In this document: piece by piece, positions 1-10,700 of the stretch
Layout of the letters: every line of letters starts with the position of its first letter
Position numbering within the stretch: the first letter of the stretch is position 1
From: a virus
Lineage: Duplodnaviria; Caudoviricetes
Length of the DNA: 44,769 nucleotides
Strand: one strand, 5' to 3'
IMG/VR virus record: IMGVR_UViG_3300032224_000682
Span: 1 to 44,769 of that record
Made by a program: the position numbers and the translations under genes
The notes under the pieces: generated by a model
What the model was told of the DNA's origin: nothing
The model's input: only the letters and a program-made list of their open reading frames with translations
Database searches by the model: none

Positions 1-1
1 C

Positions 2-985
2 GTTTCTCAGGCACTCAATAATTATCTTGCAAATATAGATTGGAAAAAAAGAACCCCACTTCAAAACGCATTAGAGTTTGGTGTGAATGGACTTACTGGA
101 ACGGGTGAAGATATTGGACGCGAACAACAAAAAAAAGCAATAGAGCAGATGAAGGTGGAGGCGGCTGCAAGTAAAAGTGAAATGCCAATCCAAAAAGAAG
201 AGATTCCTACTATTACTGTAAGCAAGCCTAAGAAACAACTAGCCACAAAACTATATCGAGTGATGTATGCTGGTAAAGGTGCTGAAAGCTCCGAAGTATA
301 TAAAACAAAAGAAGAAGCTGATGCTGCGTTGAAAAAAGCTGGAGGGAAGGGTGCTGTTGCTGGAGTGAATTTGTCTCAGAAATCTCGCGGAGAAGAAATG
401 CTCCCAGTTGAAGATGTTCAAGCAAGAAAGCAGAGATATATGGATCAACTTTCTAAAACAAAAGAAATTTCTAAATTGGAATCAGATAAACTTAAAAAAA
501 TACAAGCACTTCGCAATCCACAAACTGAAGAAGAAATTCTTACTGTTGCAGAAAACAAGGGAAGAATGTCTGATGCTTTGGTTGCTGCAAATGAAGCCAA
601 GCGAGCTAAGGATAAAGAGGCTGGTGCTGGGTTTGCATCATGGCGTTCTGATGTTAATACGCGCAGAACAGCTGAAGATTCAGTTAATGCATATAGCCAG
701 CAACTTGGGCTGTTGAAGCAAGCATATAGTAAGGCAAGGCAGATCGGCGATCCAATTAATGCACTTAGAATTTCTGATGCAATACAGGAATTTCAATCTG
801 GCGTTCCAAAAGAAATGGGCGCTCGCAAGAAGTATTTTGAACAAAATGCAGTGAGAGAAAGAAATGCTATGCTTGCTGAAAAATATAGATTAGCCAAAGA
901 AGAGGAAGATAAAAATAGAAGAATTTCATTAGCAAACCCTGACTATGCTAATCAATTTAGTGGAACAACTAAATTAAGATATTAA
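2..985 (+). CDS. Putative internal virion/ejection protein, 5'-truncated by the window
   Basis: Frame is open from base 2, upstream of the GTG at 83; charged helical protein directly upstream of other virion genes. Confidence 0.5.
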   Translation, partial: VSQALNNYLANIDWKKRTPLQNALEFGVNGLTGTGEDIGREQQKKAIEQMKVEAAASKSEMPIQKEEIPTITVSKPKKQLATKLYRVMYAGKGAESSEVYKTKEEADAALKKAGGKGAVAGVNLSQKSRGEEMLPVEDVQARKQRYMDQLSKTKEISKLESDKLKKIQALRNPQTEEEILTVAENKGRMSDALVAANEAKRAKDKEAGAGFASWRSDVNTRRTAEDSVNAYSQQLGLLKQAYSKARQIGDPINALRISDAIQEFQSGVPKEMGARKKYFEQNAVRERNAMLAEKYRLAKEEEDKNRRISLANPDYANQFSGTTKLRY

Positions 986-989
986 TAAA

Positions 990-1772
990 ATGGCTACAAG
1001 AAGAACTGGAAGCGCAACTGATAGTCTTGGTATTTTCAATGGAGGGTTAACGCCTGCCCAAAGAATAATGCAATCTCAAATTGCTCAGACACCAGGGGCA
1101 TTTAATTATGCAGACCTTGATAAGAAGTATCCTACTAGGCAAGTAACGCCAATGGTTCCCACATATATTCAGCAAAAACTAGACGAAGACCTACTTGAAC
1201 AAAAAGAACAATTGGCTACACAAAGATATAGGGAAGCGCAGGCAAGCATCTATGAATCGCAGTTGAATGAAAAACTTCAAACAGCCGATCAAGTTATTTT
1301 GGCAAGAGAAGCGTTCTCTCAATTAAATCCTCAAGACAAAGACTATCCAGATAAACGTGATAAGATATTTATGGATTTGCCATTTGCTGAAAATGACACA
1401 TCGTTTATGAAAAGCGTTGTTGGACGCAATGACAGGTTATACGAGAATTACTTCAAAAAGAATATTGCTGTTCAGAATTTAACTCTTAAAGACTTGGATG
1501 ATTCTTATAAAACAATACAAGCTATAGAAGAAAGCGCAGCCAATAGGGGCGGGTTGTCGCCAATGGAGAAAGACTTAATAAATATGCATAGAGCAAGGAT
1601 AAAGGGTGGAATACAGCAGCAAGGCATTACATCAAATAAACCTACTCAGCAAATAAACGGACAAGAAGATGCTGACGTGGCTCAAGCAAGAAACCTCGTT
1701 TCTAGGCGGCCAGAGCTAAAGGATGAGGTAAATAAAAGATTGATTTCAGCGGGGAAACAACCTATTCCTTGA
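990..1772 (+). CDS. Putative internal virion/ejection protein
   Basis: 260 aa, Gln/Glu-rich helical; ends 3 bp before the giant virion gene. Confidence 0.5.
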   Translation: MATRRTGSATDSLGIFNGGLTPAQRIMQSQIAQTPGAFNYADLDKKYPTRQVTPMVPTYIQQKLDEDLLEQKEQLATQRYREAQASIYESQLNEKLQTADQVILAREAFSQLNPQDKDYPDKRDKIFMDLPFAENDTSFMKSVVGRNDRLYENYFKKNIAVQNLTLKDLDDSYKTIQAIEESAANRGGLSPMEKDLINMHRARIKGGIQQQGITSNKPTQQINGQEDADVAQARNLVSRRPELKDEVNKRLISAGKQPIP

Positions 1773-1775
1773 TGC

Positions 1776-4700
1776 ATGGGACTTTTCGACGATCTTCTTG
1801 AGGAAGATAATATACAGACTACTCCGAAGCGCAATGGCTTATTTGATGATCTTCTTGAAGAAGATGACCTTACTTCCAATCAACATCCCGTTGTTGATGA
1901 TTACTTTACTCCACGGCAAATAGCTACTGATAAATCAGAAAAAGATAAATCATTTTTTGGAGTTTTAGATACTGCGTCTGCAATTGGAGAGGCTGCATCT
2001 GATCTTATAACTGGAGTTCCTGCGGCTATGAGAAGAGCGAAGGTTGGTCTTATTCGCCCAGATCAATATAGTCCAGAAGATGTAATTGCATTTGAGGCTG
2101 AAAGAAAAAGGAACGAACAACTTGAAATTGAGCGTCAGAAAAGAATTTCCGCTGGAGAAGAAACATCTGTTGGTTCAGCAATTAGGGAGGCTGGTAGGAG
2201 TCTTGGATTTACTGCCGCCAATATACTTCCCGCGATGGCTGGTGGAGCTGCTGCTGGAGCTATTGCTGGGGCTGCATTTCCAGCAGCTGAAGTTGCAACA
2301 ATTCCTATTGGAGTAATTGCATCTGGAATTGGAGCGGCTGCTGGGTCTGCTCCAGTTGCATACAGAATGGCTGGAGCGCAATTTTTGGATGATGCATTCA
2401 ATCAGCTTGAAAGCAATTCTCTGAAGAAAAACAATAGACCATTAACAGAAGAAGAGAAGGATGCCGCATACAAAGAACTACTTCCAATAGCTCAAAATAC
2501 TGGAATATGGGAAGCTGGACCGGAGGCTGTTGGTAATGCTGTAACATTAGGAGTTGGTAAGTTTGTATTTGGATTCGGGAAAGAAGTTGCAACTGGCATT
2601 GCATCTAATGCAATTAAATCAGCTACAAAAACAATTGGTAAGAAAGTTATAGAAAAGGGAGCCGCAATAGCTGGTGATTTAGCTGTTGAACTTGGTGGTG
2701 AAACAATTACTCAAACACAGCAAGGGTATGATGATGCAAAGGCACAACAATATATTAAAACCGGTAGCACAGCTGGTGCTGTTGATGAATATAAAGGGTT
2801 AGCTGGGTTGGGAAAAGCCTTCAAAGAAATAGCTCCTGCAACAATAGCCACAATGGGATTAATGGGTGCAGTTGCCGGAGGAGCTAAACTAGCATCAAAA
2901 CCATTTTCAAATAAAACGGAAACTGGAGAGGAAGAAAAAAACAATAATGCTGAAAATACAGCGATTGGAGGAGCTATAATTACTGATAATTTAAATAGAA
3001 ACAATTCTCCAGAAACAGCAAGGGCAATACAAGATTTAGCGGCAAATGAACTTTCAGATCAACTTGAGAGTGACTTTGCATCACAACAAGCAGCAGCCGC
3101 TGCACAACAACAACAAAAAAATGCCACTAAAGAAATCATCAAGCCAGAAGGCGTTCGTGAAGAACCTCAAAACGGAACTGAAACACAACCGACCAATGAA
3201 ACAATCGCTCGCCATCGCGTATTCAATCCAGAAGGAAGCAAAGAAAAAGAACAAATAGAGTCAGGAGTTAAGCTCAAAGACGCTTGGTATAATAGGGAGA
3301 TCAACAATCTCTCCTCTCTTTCTGGCCTCTCTAATCAAAGCGTGCATTCTGCTATGCTCCCTGGCATCCAGAATAGCGAGGTTCTCAAGTCTATTGTCAC
3401 ATTTATTCCCGTTGATGTGATGAATGACCTCAGGGTAAGAAACATCCCTGCCGATGAACTCCTCAACAACCCAGATATGCTCAGGGATACTCTTTCCTCT
3501 GATAGTAATAATGACATATTTAGAGGGGTCGTTGGTGCGCTTGGATCGGGAGTAGCAGGATTGAGAACAGAACTTCTTGGAAGACTTGGAAGGAATGACC
3601 TTGAAGGTGCAGCCGCATTGATTGCAGGATTTAAGAATCCCTCCAGTCTTGCGTCTTTTCTTGCTCAAGACGACATTCCTAAATTTACTTCCTCTGTTCC
3701 AGCAGAGTTTACCAACGCACTCTCTAGAGCAGCATCTAGCGGTCTTCTCCCTGTAGGGTCTGACGCTGAAAATATTTCCACAAACTTCGCACGACTTTTT
3801 GATTTGACTGAGCATAGTGCTAAATTAAAAACTAAATTTAAAGAAAAGTCAATAAGCAATCGCATACAAAAAACAAAAAGCGAAGAAGAAAGGCAAATAG
3901 CCAGAGACATTGTAAGCGAGCTGCAGGCTGTATCAAACAATACCGCTACAAACGAGCAGATTGCCCGTCTATCGATGGATGGACTCGTAGATGTCCGTAG
4001 AGGCCAAGCCATCATCAACGAGGACGGAGAGGGCATCCTCGCGCAAGCACAAGCCCCATTGCCAAAGCTCACTCCAGAAGCAAGAGCGGCTGAAGTTGAA
4101 GCTGTAACTGCACCAGAACTAATGCAAAATGGAGTGATTAGAACTCCACTAAAGGGAATTACAGGATCACAACAAGAAATAGAAGATAAGACTTTATTTA
4201 AAAATCAAATTCTATCGTTACCTGATGGAAGTGTTATTGTAACCGATCCAGATGTTACGGGATTAGCGCGACAAGTTCGTGTATCAAAAATAGGTAATGA
4301 GGTGTGGCTTGAAGACGCTAAAACCGAACAGTTGATTTGGAAGCCTGGTTTAAATGAAGGCGCGATTCTTGATATGAAAGGGGGAGTAATAAAAGCTCCC
4401 GCGATCACTAATACTGTGTCCGAACAACCTATCATTGGAGAAAAACCACAAGTTTCTCCGATAGTAGGCGATCAAGTTACAGATACAACTCCAGTAGAAC
4501 AAGTTGCTGAAACTCAAATCGCAGAAGAACCTATCATCTCGGAAAAACAACAAACTTCTGAGATAGTAGGCACTGAAACTGCTGCACCCGAAGTTTCTGC
4601 TATTAAACCACAAGTTCAAGTTACAAATATTGATTCACTAATAGATCAAGGTGGTGGAACTGTAGCAGTTCAAGAAGATGGGAGAGATGTAAAATTCAAA

Positions 4701-7700
4701 CAATTTGGTATTGGAATTGACGGCAATACGGCAGAAATAGCATTTGTTGAACTTGATCCTTCTGAACAAGGAAAAGGCATAGGAATAGAAGCGTATCGTT
4801 CATTAGGAAGTGAGTTAGCTGCTCGTGGAATTATTTTAAGAAGTAGTGGAGCGCAATATGGGCCCGGTCATAACCTTTGGTTAAAATTAGCAAAAGAGGG
4901 GTTAGCAAAAAGAGTGGGGCAGCGTTATCAGTTTGTCGCACCCGCCGAGCCAACTGTCAACCAACAGTTGACGGTTCCTCCTACACAAGCTGCACCAATT
5001 GAAAAATTAAAATCAACTTCTCCTGAATCGCAATTATATATTGATTGGATAAACGAACAAATTGAATTAGGTGCTAAAATTTATCAAGGAACTCCCAATG
5101 AAAGAGCATTGACTCTTGATGATGTTGTAAAGGTATCGCAGTTAAAGACTGGGGCTATTCCAAATACAACAGAAAATTCATTAAAATACGGAGGTTTAGG
5201 AATTGGGAATCAAATCAGTAAATTGATTCAATCAGATTCAAGACTCCAAGGTAGAAATAATTTTGAAATAAAAAATCAAATTGAAACTGGATTATATTCT
5301 GGTAGGGGAATAGAGATTTCTGCTATTGAACCAGTTGCTACAATCGCTCCAGAACCAGTCACCGCGCCAGTAGCAGAACCTTCCCAAACGGGAATAACAC
5401 GGCCTGCCATAGCCGCCGAAGAACAAGTTGTTACCGAGCTGGAAGCTGCACCAGCAGAAGTTCCCGCGCCAGAGGTTGCGCCTAAAGCTATAAAAGATTA
5501 CGCAACTGGAGATGTTAATACTCCATTTTATTTTGAAAATGATTCTTGGAATGTTGATGAATCACGACTTAAAAGCGGTGATGAGGTAATTGAAACTTCA
5601 GACGGCCCAGCCGTATATTCTCGCGCTAATGACGGTAAAGTTACGGCAATTGGAGTAAACGCAAATGGTCGCCAAGTTTATATTGGTGAATCGTCCAATT
5701 CTTTCATGCCGTCTGATTATTCAAATGTTCCAGTTAGTGAAATGTTTTCCGCATTAAAAGGATCACGCACTTATGAATCTGATAGGGCTGGAGATTTATT
5801 TCCAGTAATAGACCAAAAAACAGCAGAAAAACTTATTTCAAAATACCCTCCAACCAATCCCGCCCCCGCAGTATCGGAAACAATAACAGAGCCAGCAGCT
5901 CAACCTACTCCAGCAACTCAACCGGAAGGCATAGCAGTAGGCAACCGAATCAAGTTAGGCAAGAGTCCACAGACATACACCATCGAAGAAGTAATCCCGC
6001 AGACAACAACAGAGAGAGATTTGGGCGAGCAGTATTACTCTGTAAAAAACGAGCGCACGGGCGAGGTACAGGTAGTGGAGGCAATGGATTTGAAGAAGGT
6101 TGGAGGTAAGAGAGCGCGGAAAATGACTGCTTCTACTCCACAGCAAACGCTTTGGTCAATTCCTCAACAAGAAATCTCAAGTGCTGCTACATCAATTAAT
6201 CAGAGCAAAATGCCAGCTACATTTAAGAATGTTAAATGGGAGTCTGGAACAAGAAATGCAGATATTGGCGGAGGAAGATTTGATAATGCAACTGAATACT
6301 TAGCAGGTCTTGGAACGGAAAATGTTATTTACGATCCATATAATCGCAGCCAAGAATCAAATCAAATTGCTGTATCAAAAATATCTGGAGGGCAATCAGA
6401 TACCGCTACAATAAATAATGTTCTTAATGTTATTGCTGAACCAGAATCACGCGACCTTGTTATTCGTCAAGCAGCAGATGCAATAAAGCCAGATGGTAAG
6501 GCTTACTTTTTAATTTACGAAGGAAGCTCAAAAGGGGTTGGATCACAAACTAAATTTGGATGGCAAGAAAATAGAAAAGCAGAAACATATATTGCTGAAA
6601 TTAAAAACCACTTTGGAAATGTAACGCGAAAAGGAAATCTTATTATTGCTGAAAATCCAGTAAAAACAAAAGAACCATTGCGTCAAGCGGCAGAATTTAA
6701 AAACGAGGAAATAGTCACGCCAATTCCAGAAGCAAATCGCTACACATACGAAGAAGCTGTAAGGCTAGTTGACTCCTACTTCGACAAAGAAGGAATACCG
6801 GAAGGCATTGTTATCGTAAATAATACTACTGATCCAGACCTTGAGATGAAGGCTGGATACTTCGTAGATCGTGGACAGATCGTGATTAACCTTGCGTATA
6901 TCGCTAAAGGCGAGAGCCTATCTGACATTATCTCACACGAACTTGGTCATTTCATATTTAGTGATCCGCAGTTCCAAGCTGACTTCAAAGCATTCTGGGA
7001 CTTGATGACACCAGAGGAGCAGGCTGATGCAGATAGAATCATCAATCAATTTTACAATAAAGAAACTGGAGCAATCCAGATGGAGGAGAAACAAGTCCGC
7101 GCATTCATGCAGTTGATCCAAGACAGCAAAGCAATGCCGAAGTGGAGGCAAATTCTGGACAGCATCAAGCGTTGGATTAACAAGTATCTTAAAACAAATT
7201 TTCAAGTAACTGACAGAAACGCATTGGCAGTCCTTGCTGCCGCACATAAACGATTTAAGAGTGGTGAGCGCATCATCCGTGAGATTGATTCTGGAGTACT
7301 GAAGACAGCAGATACGGCACAGGATGCGGAGTATCTTGCAGCGGTTGAGCGTGGAGACATGGAGACTGCACAAAGGATGGTGGATGAAGCGGCAAGGAAG
7401 GCTGGATACAATAGCCCAATGGTTTATCATGGTTCTTCAGATAAACCATTTAATATTTTTAAAACAAAGCGCGGTAAAAAAGGAACAAGAGAAGGCGGTG
7501 CATTTTTTACCCCAACAGAAACATTGGCTAACTATTTTGCAGAAATTTCTCAACAAGTAAAATATGGAGGGATTACAGATAAACCTGGTATAATTTACAA
7601 GGCATATCTTAAAATGGATAATCCTGTTGTAATTGACCAAAAGTTTGAAAATGTAGGTTCAATAGAAGATAAGAACATAAATAGAATCAAAGCTGCAAAG

Positions 7701-10700
7701 AAATATGGTTTTGATGGAATCATATGGAAGAACACAATTGAACCATTTCATCCAGATGGAGTAGATCAATATATTGTATTTTCTTCAGAACAAATCAAGT
7801 CATCAGACCCAGTAACCCGTGATGATCAAGGTAATGTAATCCCACTCTCCCAAAGATTCCGCACTACCTCGCAAGACATCCGCAGAATGGCAGCAGAGCC
7901 TCGCCGCGAGCAAGTTGCTGGAATGGAACGTGGAGACATTATTACAACTCCAGAAGGAATTATTAAGCAAACCAACGAAGTATTGCGTAATAAGTTCTTC
8001 GATGGATCAGAAGTATCTGATGAGGCTACTTTAAATGCATGGAACTACATAGAGCAAATGTTAGATATTAAATCTGGCGCAGCCAATGCTCTTGCAGGAC
8101 AGATTAACGATGTTGCAGATCAAGAAACAAATTCGGATACAAGAATGGGAGCGAGTTTATTCTCTGTGTCGCTTGCAAATTATGCCGCAAAGTTGGCTGC
8201 TCAAGGTGATACTACGATGATTTCCTATCTTATCCGTAGGATTAATCGTATGCCTATTGATAACCTTGCTGGAGGAATAAGCAAAGCTGCTGAGGCAATG
8301 AGAGCGAAAAGAGAATACAATATTGATGGATTCAATACGCTTAAAACTGAAGGGAAATCTAAAGTAGAAAGAACAGCAGCGGCATTGTTTGGCACAGACA
8401 AACCAGGCGAAGATCAAGTAAAGGCTGTTGATGATGCAATTAAAGCATCAGAGGATACACCTATTGGAGAGCCTGAAGAAGTTTCCGCTGAAATTGAAAA
8501 AGTAGAGAATAGGACAGGGCGTAAAGTAATCAAGGCTATCGATGATAAGATCAAAGAAAATATTGAAGGACGCAAAAATCTTGCACTTGAAAAGCAAAAA
8601 AGCAGACCAAGAACTCCTTATGGAGTAGAAGGACAAGCACAATCAATTATAAATCAATTCTCAACATTATTGAGCGATGTTCCAACATTTACAGAGAAAC
8701 AAGAAAATCGCATTAGAACTATTGTTCAACAAGACTTGAGGCAGAGGCCAGATATGAAACGCAAGCAACCATGGACAAGCCAACTGACGGCAAAGCTTAT
8801 TGATGCTGGTGTTGATGAGGCGCAGGCTCAAATAATTTCTGATCTTGTATGGAGACAGCATGAGATCAAAACAATGGATCGTGAGCTTAAGGAGTTTCAA
8901 ACAGCAGCAGAGAAAGGTTCTCTTACAGTCATTATCCAACGCATCAAAGATACACCTATTGAGCAGCAGCAGAAGCCAGGTTGGATGCAAGGCGTTATTC
9001 GTGAATATTTAATTGGTTCTGGACTATCGAGTAAAGCGGCAGACACGGCAGCAAGACTATATGAAAGCGTAATTTCAGAAAGATTGGCTGAAGCAAAGCA
9101 AAAGGCATTTAATGAAACACTTTCTAAATCTGCTCCGTGGAATAACTATCTATCCAGAAATAGCAGACTCGGAAAAGATGCATTAAAGAAAATTCAAGAC
9201 GCAATCAGAACTGGTGTTCTTGATCCAACGCAAAATGTTGAAAGCATTATTGCAAAAGAAAATGGGTGGTCTGGTTTTTCTAAAGAACAATTGCAGCGGA
9301 TCGTTCAATTGGATAATGTTATTTCTAATCCAGATACTGATGAGGTTACAAAAGCAGAATCAATGCATGAGCTTAACTCAATTATTGTTAAAGCAAAAAT
9401 GCCAGTAAGATTTAAAGATGCGATTGGAGCCTACTATGTTGGTCAGGCGCTTATGGGTATTCCGACATTGACTGTTAACATAGCATCGCCTATTGGGTTC
9501 TCAGTTAGAAATCTTATTTCAGACATTGGGCGTTACTCGTTTACGGAACCATCAAGAATCCCAATGGCATTTGAGACATTCTTGGATAGTATGAAGTCAT
9601 GGTATAACCAAACATCATACGCATTTAAAAACCAAATATATCTAAACGATGTAGTTGAATATCTTAATGGTCAGAATGTTCTTCGTGAGTTGTTTGATAA
9701 AGGAAAGGCTCAGTGGGCTAAAGGTGAATATGCAAGTGGAATGGTTAATATGCTTGTTGGTATGACGCAAATTACTGGGCGTGTCTTAGCGTCTTTGGAT
9801 CAAGGTGCTATTTCAATGTTGGAGAATCAAAACATTAGCCGATACGCAATGGAGGCAATGAAGCAAAAAAACATTCCGCAAGCGAGACGCAAGGAAATTG
9901 CTAATATGATTCTTGATACGCGAAGAAGAACATACGCTGAAAGCATTGCCGCAGGAATGGAGAAAGATCGATCTGGTGTTTTAGCAGATATGGCAGTCCG
10001 AACTGAAATTGCAGAGGCACTTGCACCAGAAGGAATTAATTTCAAAAACGTATTGGATTCTGCAATTAATGACTCGCTTCAAGCTGTTGGAAGGAACAAA
10101 ACAATTGATACAAAAGGAATTGTTGAAGAGAGTAAAAGGCTTTCAGATGCTGGAATGTTGTCTTATTTGCCAATTGAGTTTCTTCAAAAGATAGCATCTG
10201 GAGCAGCTAATAGTGGACCTCTTATGCAAGTATTTTCAAAAATGCTTTATGGATTTGCACTTGTGCCTGCAAGGGTATTCCATACTACAGCTTGGTATTC
10301 TCCATATGGATTTATCCGACTTGGAATTGATAAGTATAAAAAGAACAAAGGCGAAGAGTCTCCGTATGCAATGAGCTTGCAAACAGACTTGCAATACAAG
10401 CAAAGATTAACAGATGCTATTGCCGGATCAATTGTTATGCTTGGATTGGCTGCACTTGCAAGTGGCTCTGCTGATGATGATGACGATAAAAAGTTCAAAA
10501 TTGTTATTACTGGAAACGGTCCAAGTTATACAGCGGACAGACAATATTTTGATTCTTGGAACAAAAAGTGGAAGCCATACAGCATCCATATTGTTATGGG
10601 AGATACAATTATTCCAATAAATATTGGAAGAGGTGGCGAGGCATTATTCTTCCCTATAATGCTTGCTGGTGCATTAGATGATTGGGGAATTAAAAAGAAA

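Noticed and set aside
3261-3815. Group I intron or intein carrying the HNH
   Set aside because: HNH is antisense to the host gene, the host frame has no stops, and no intron core or intein terminal residues were recognised; not formally excluded without RT-PCR
6933-7430. 165-aa antisense ORF in the giant gene as a third nested gene
   Set aside because: No recognisable motif or promoter; the sense strand here encodes the peptidase/ART domains
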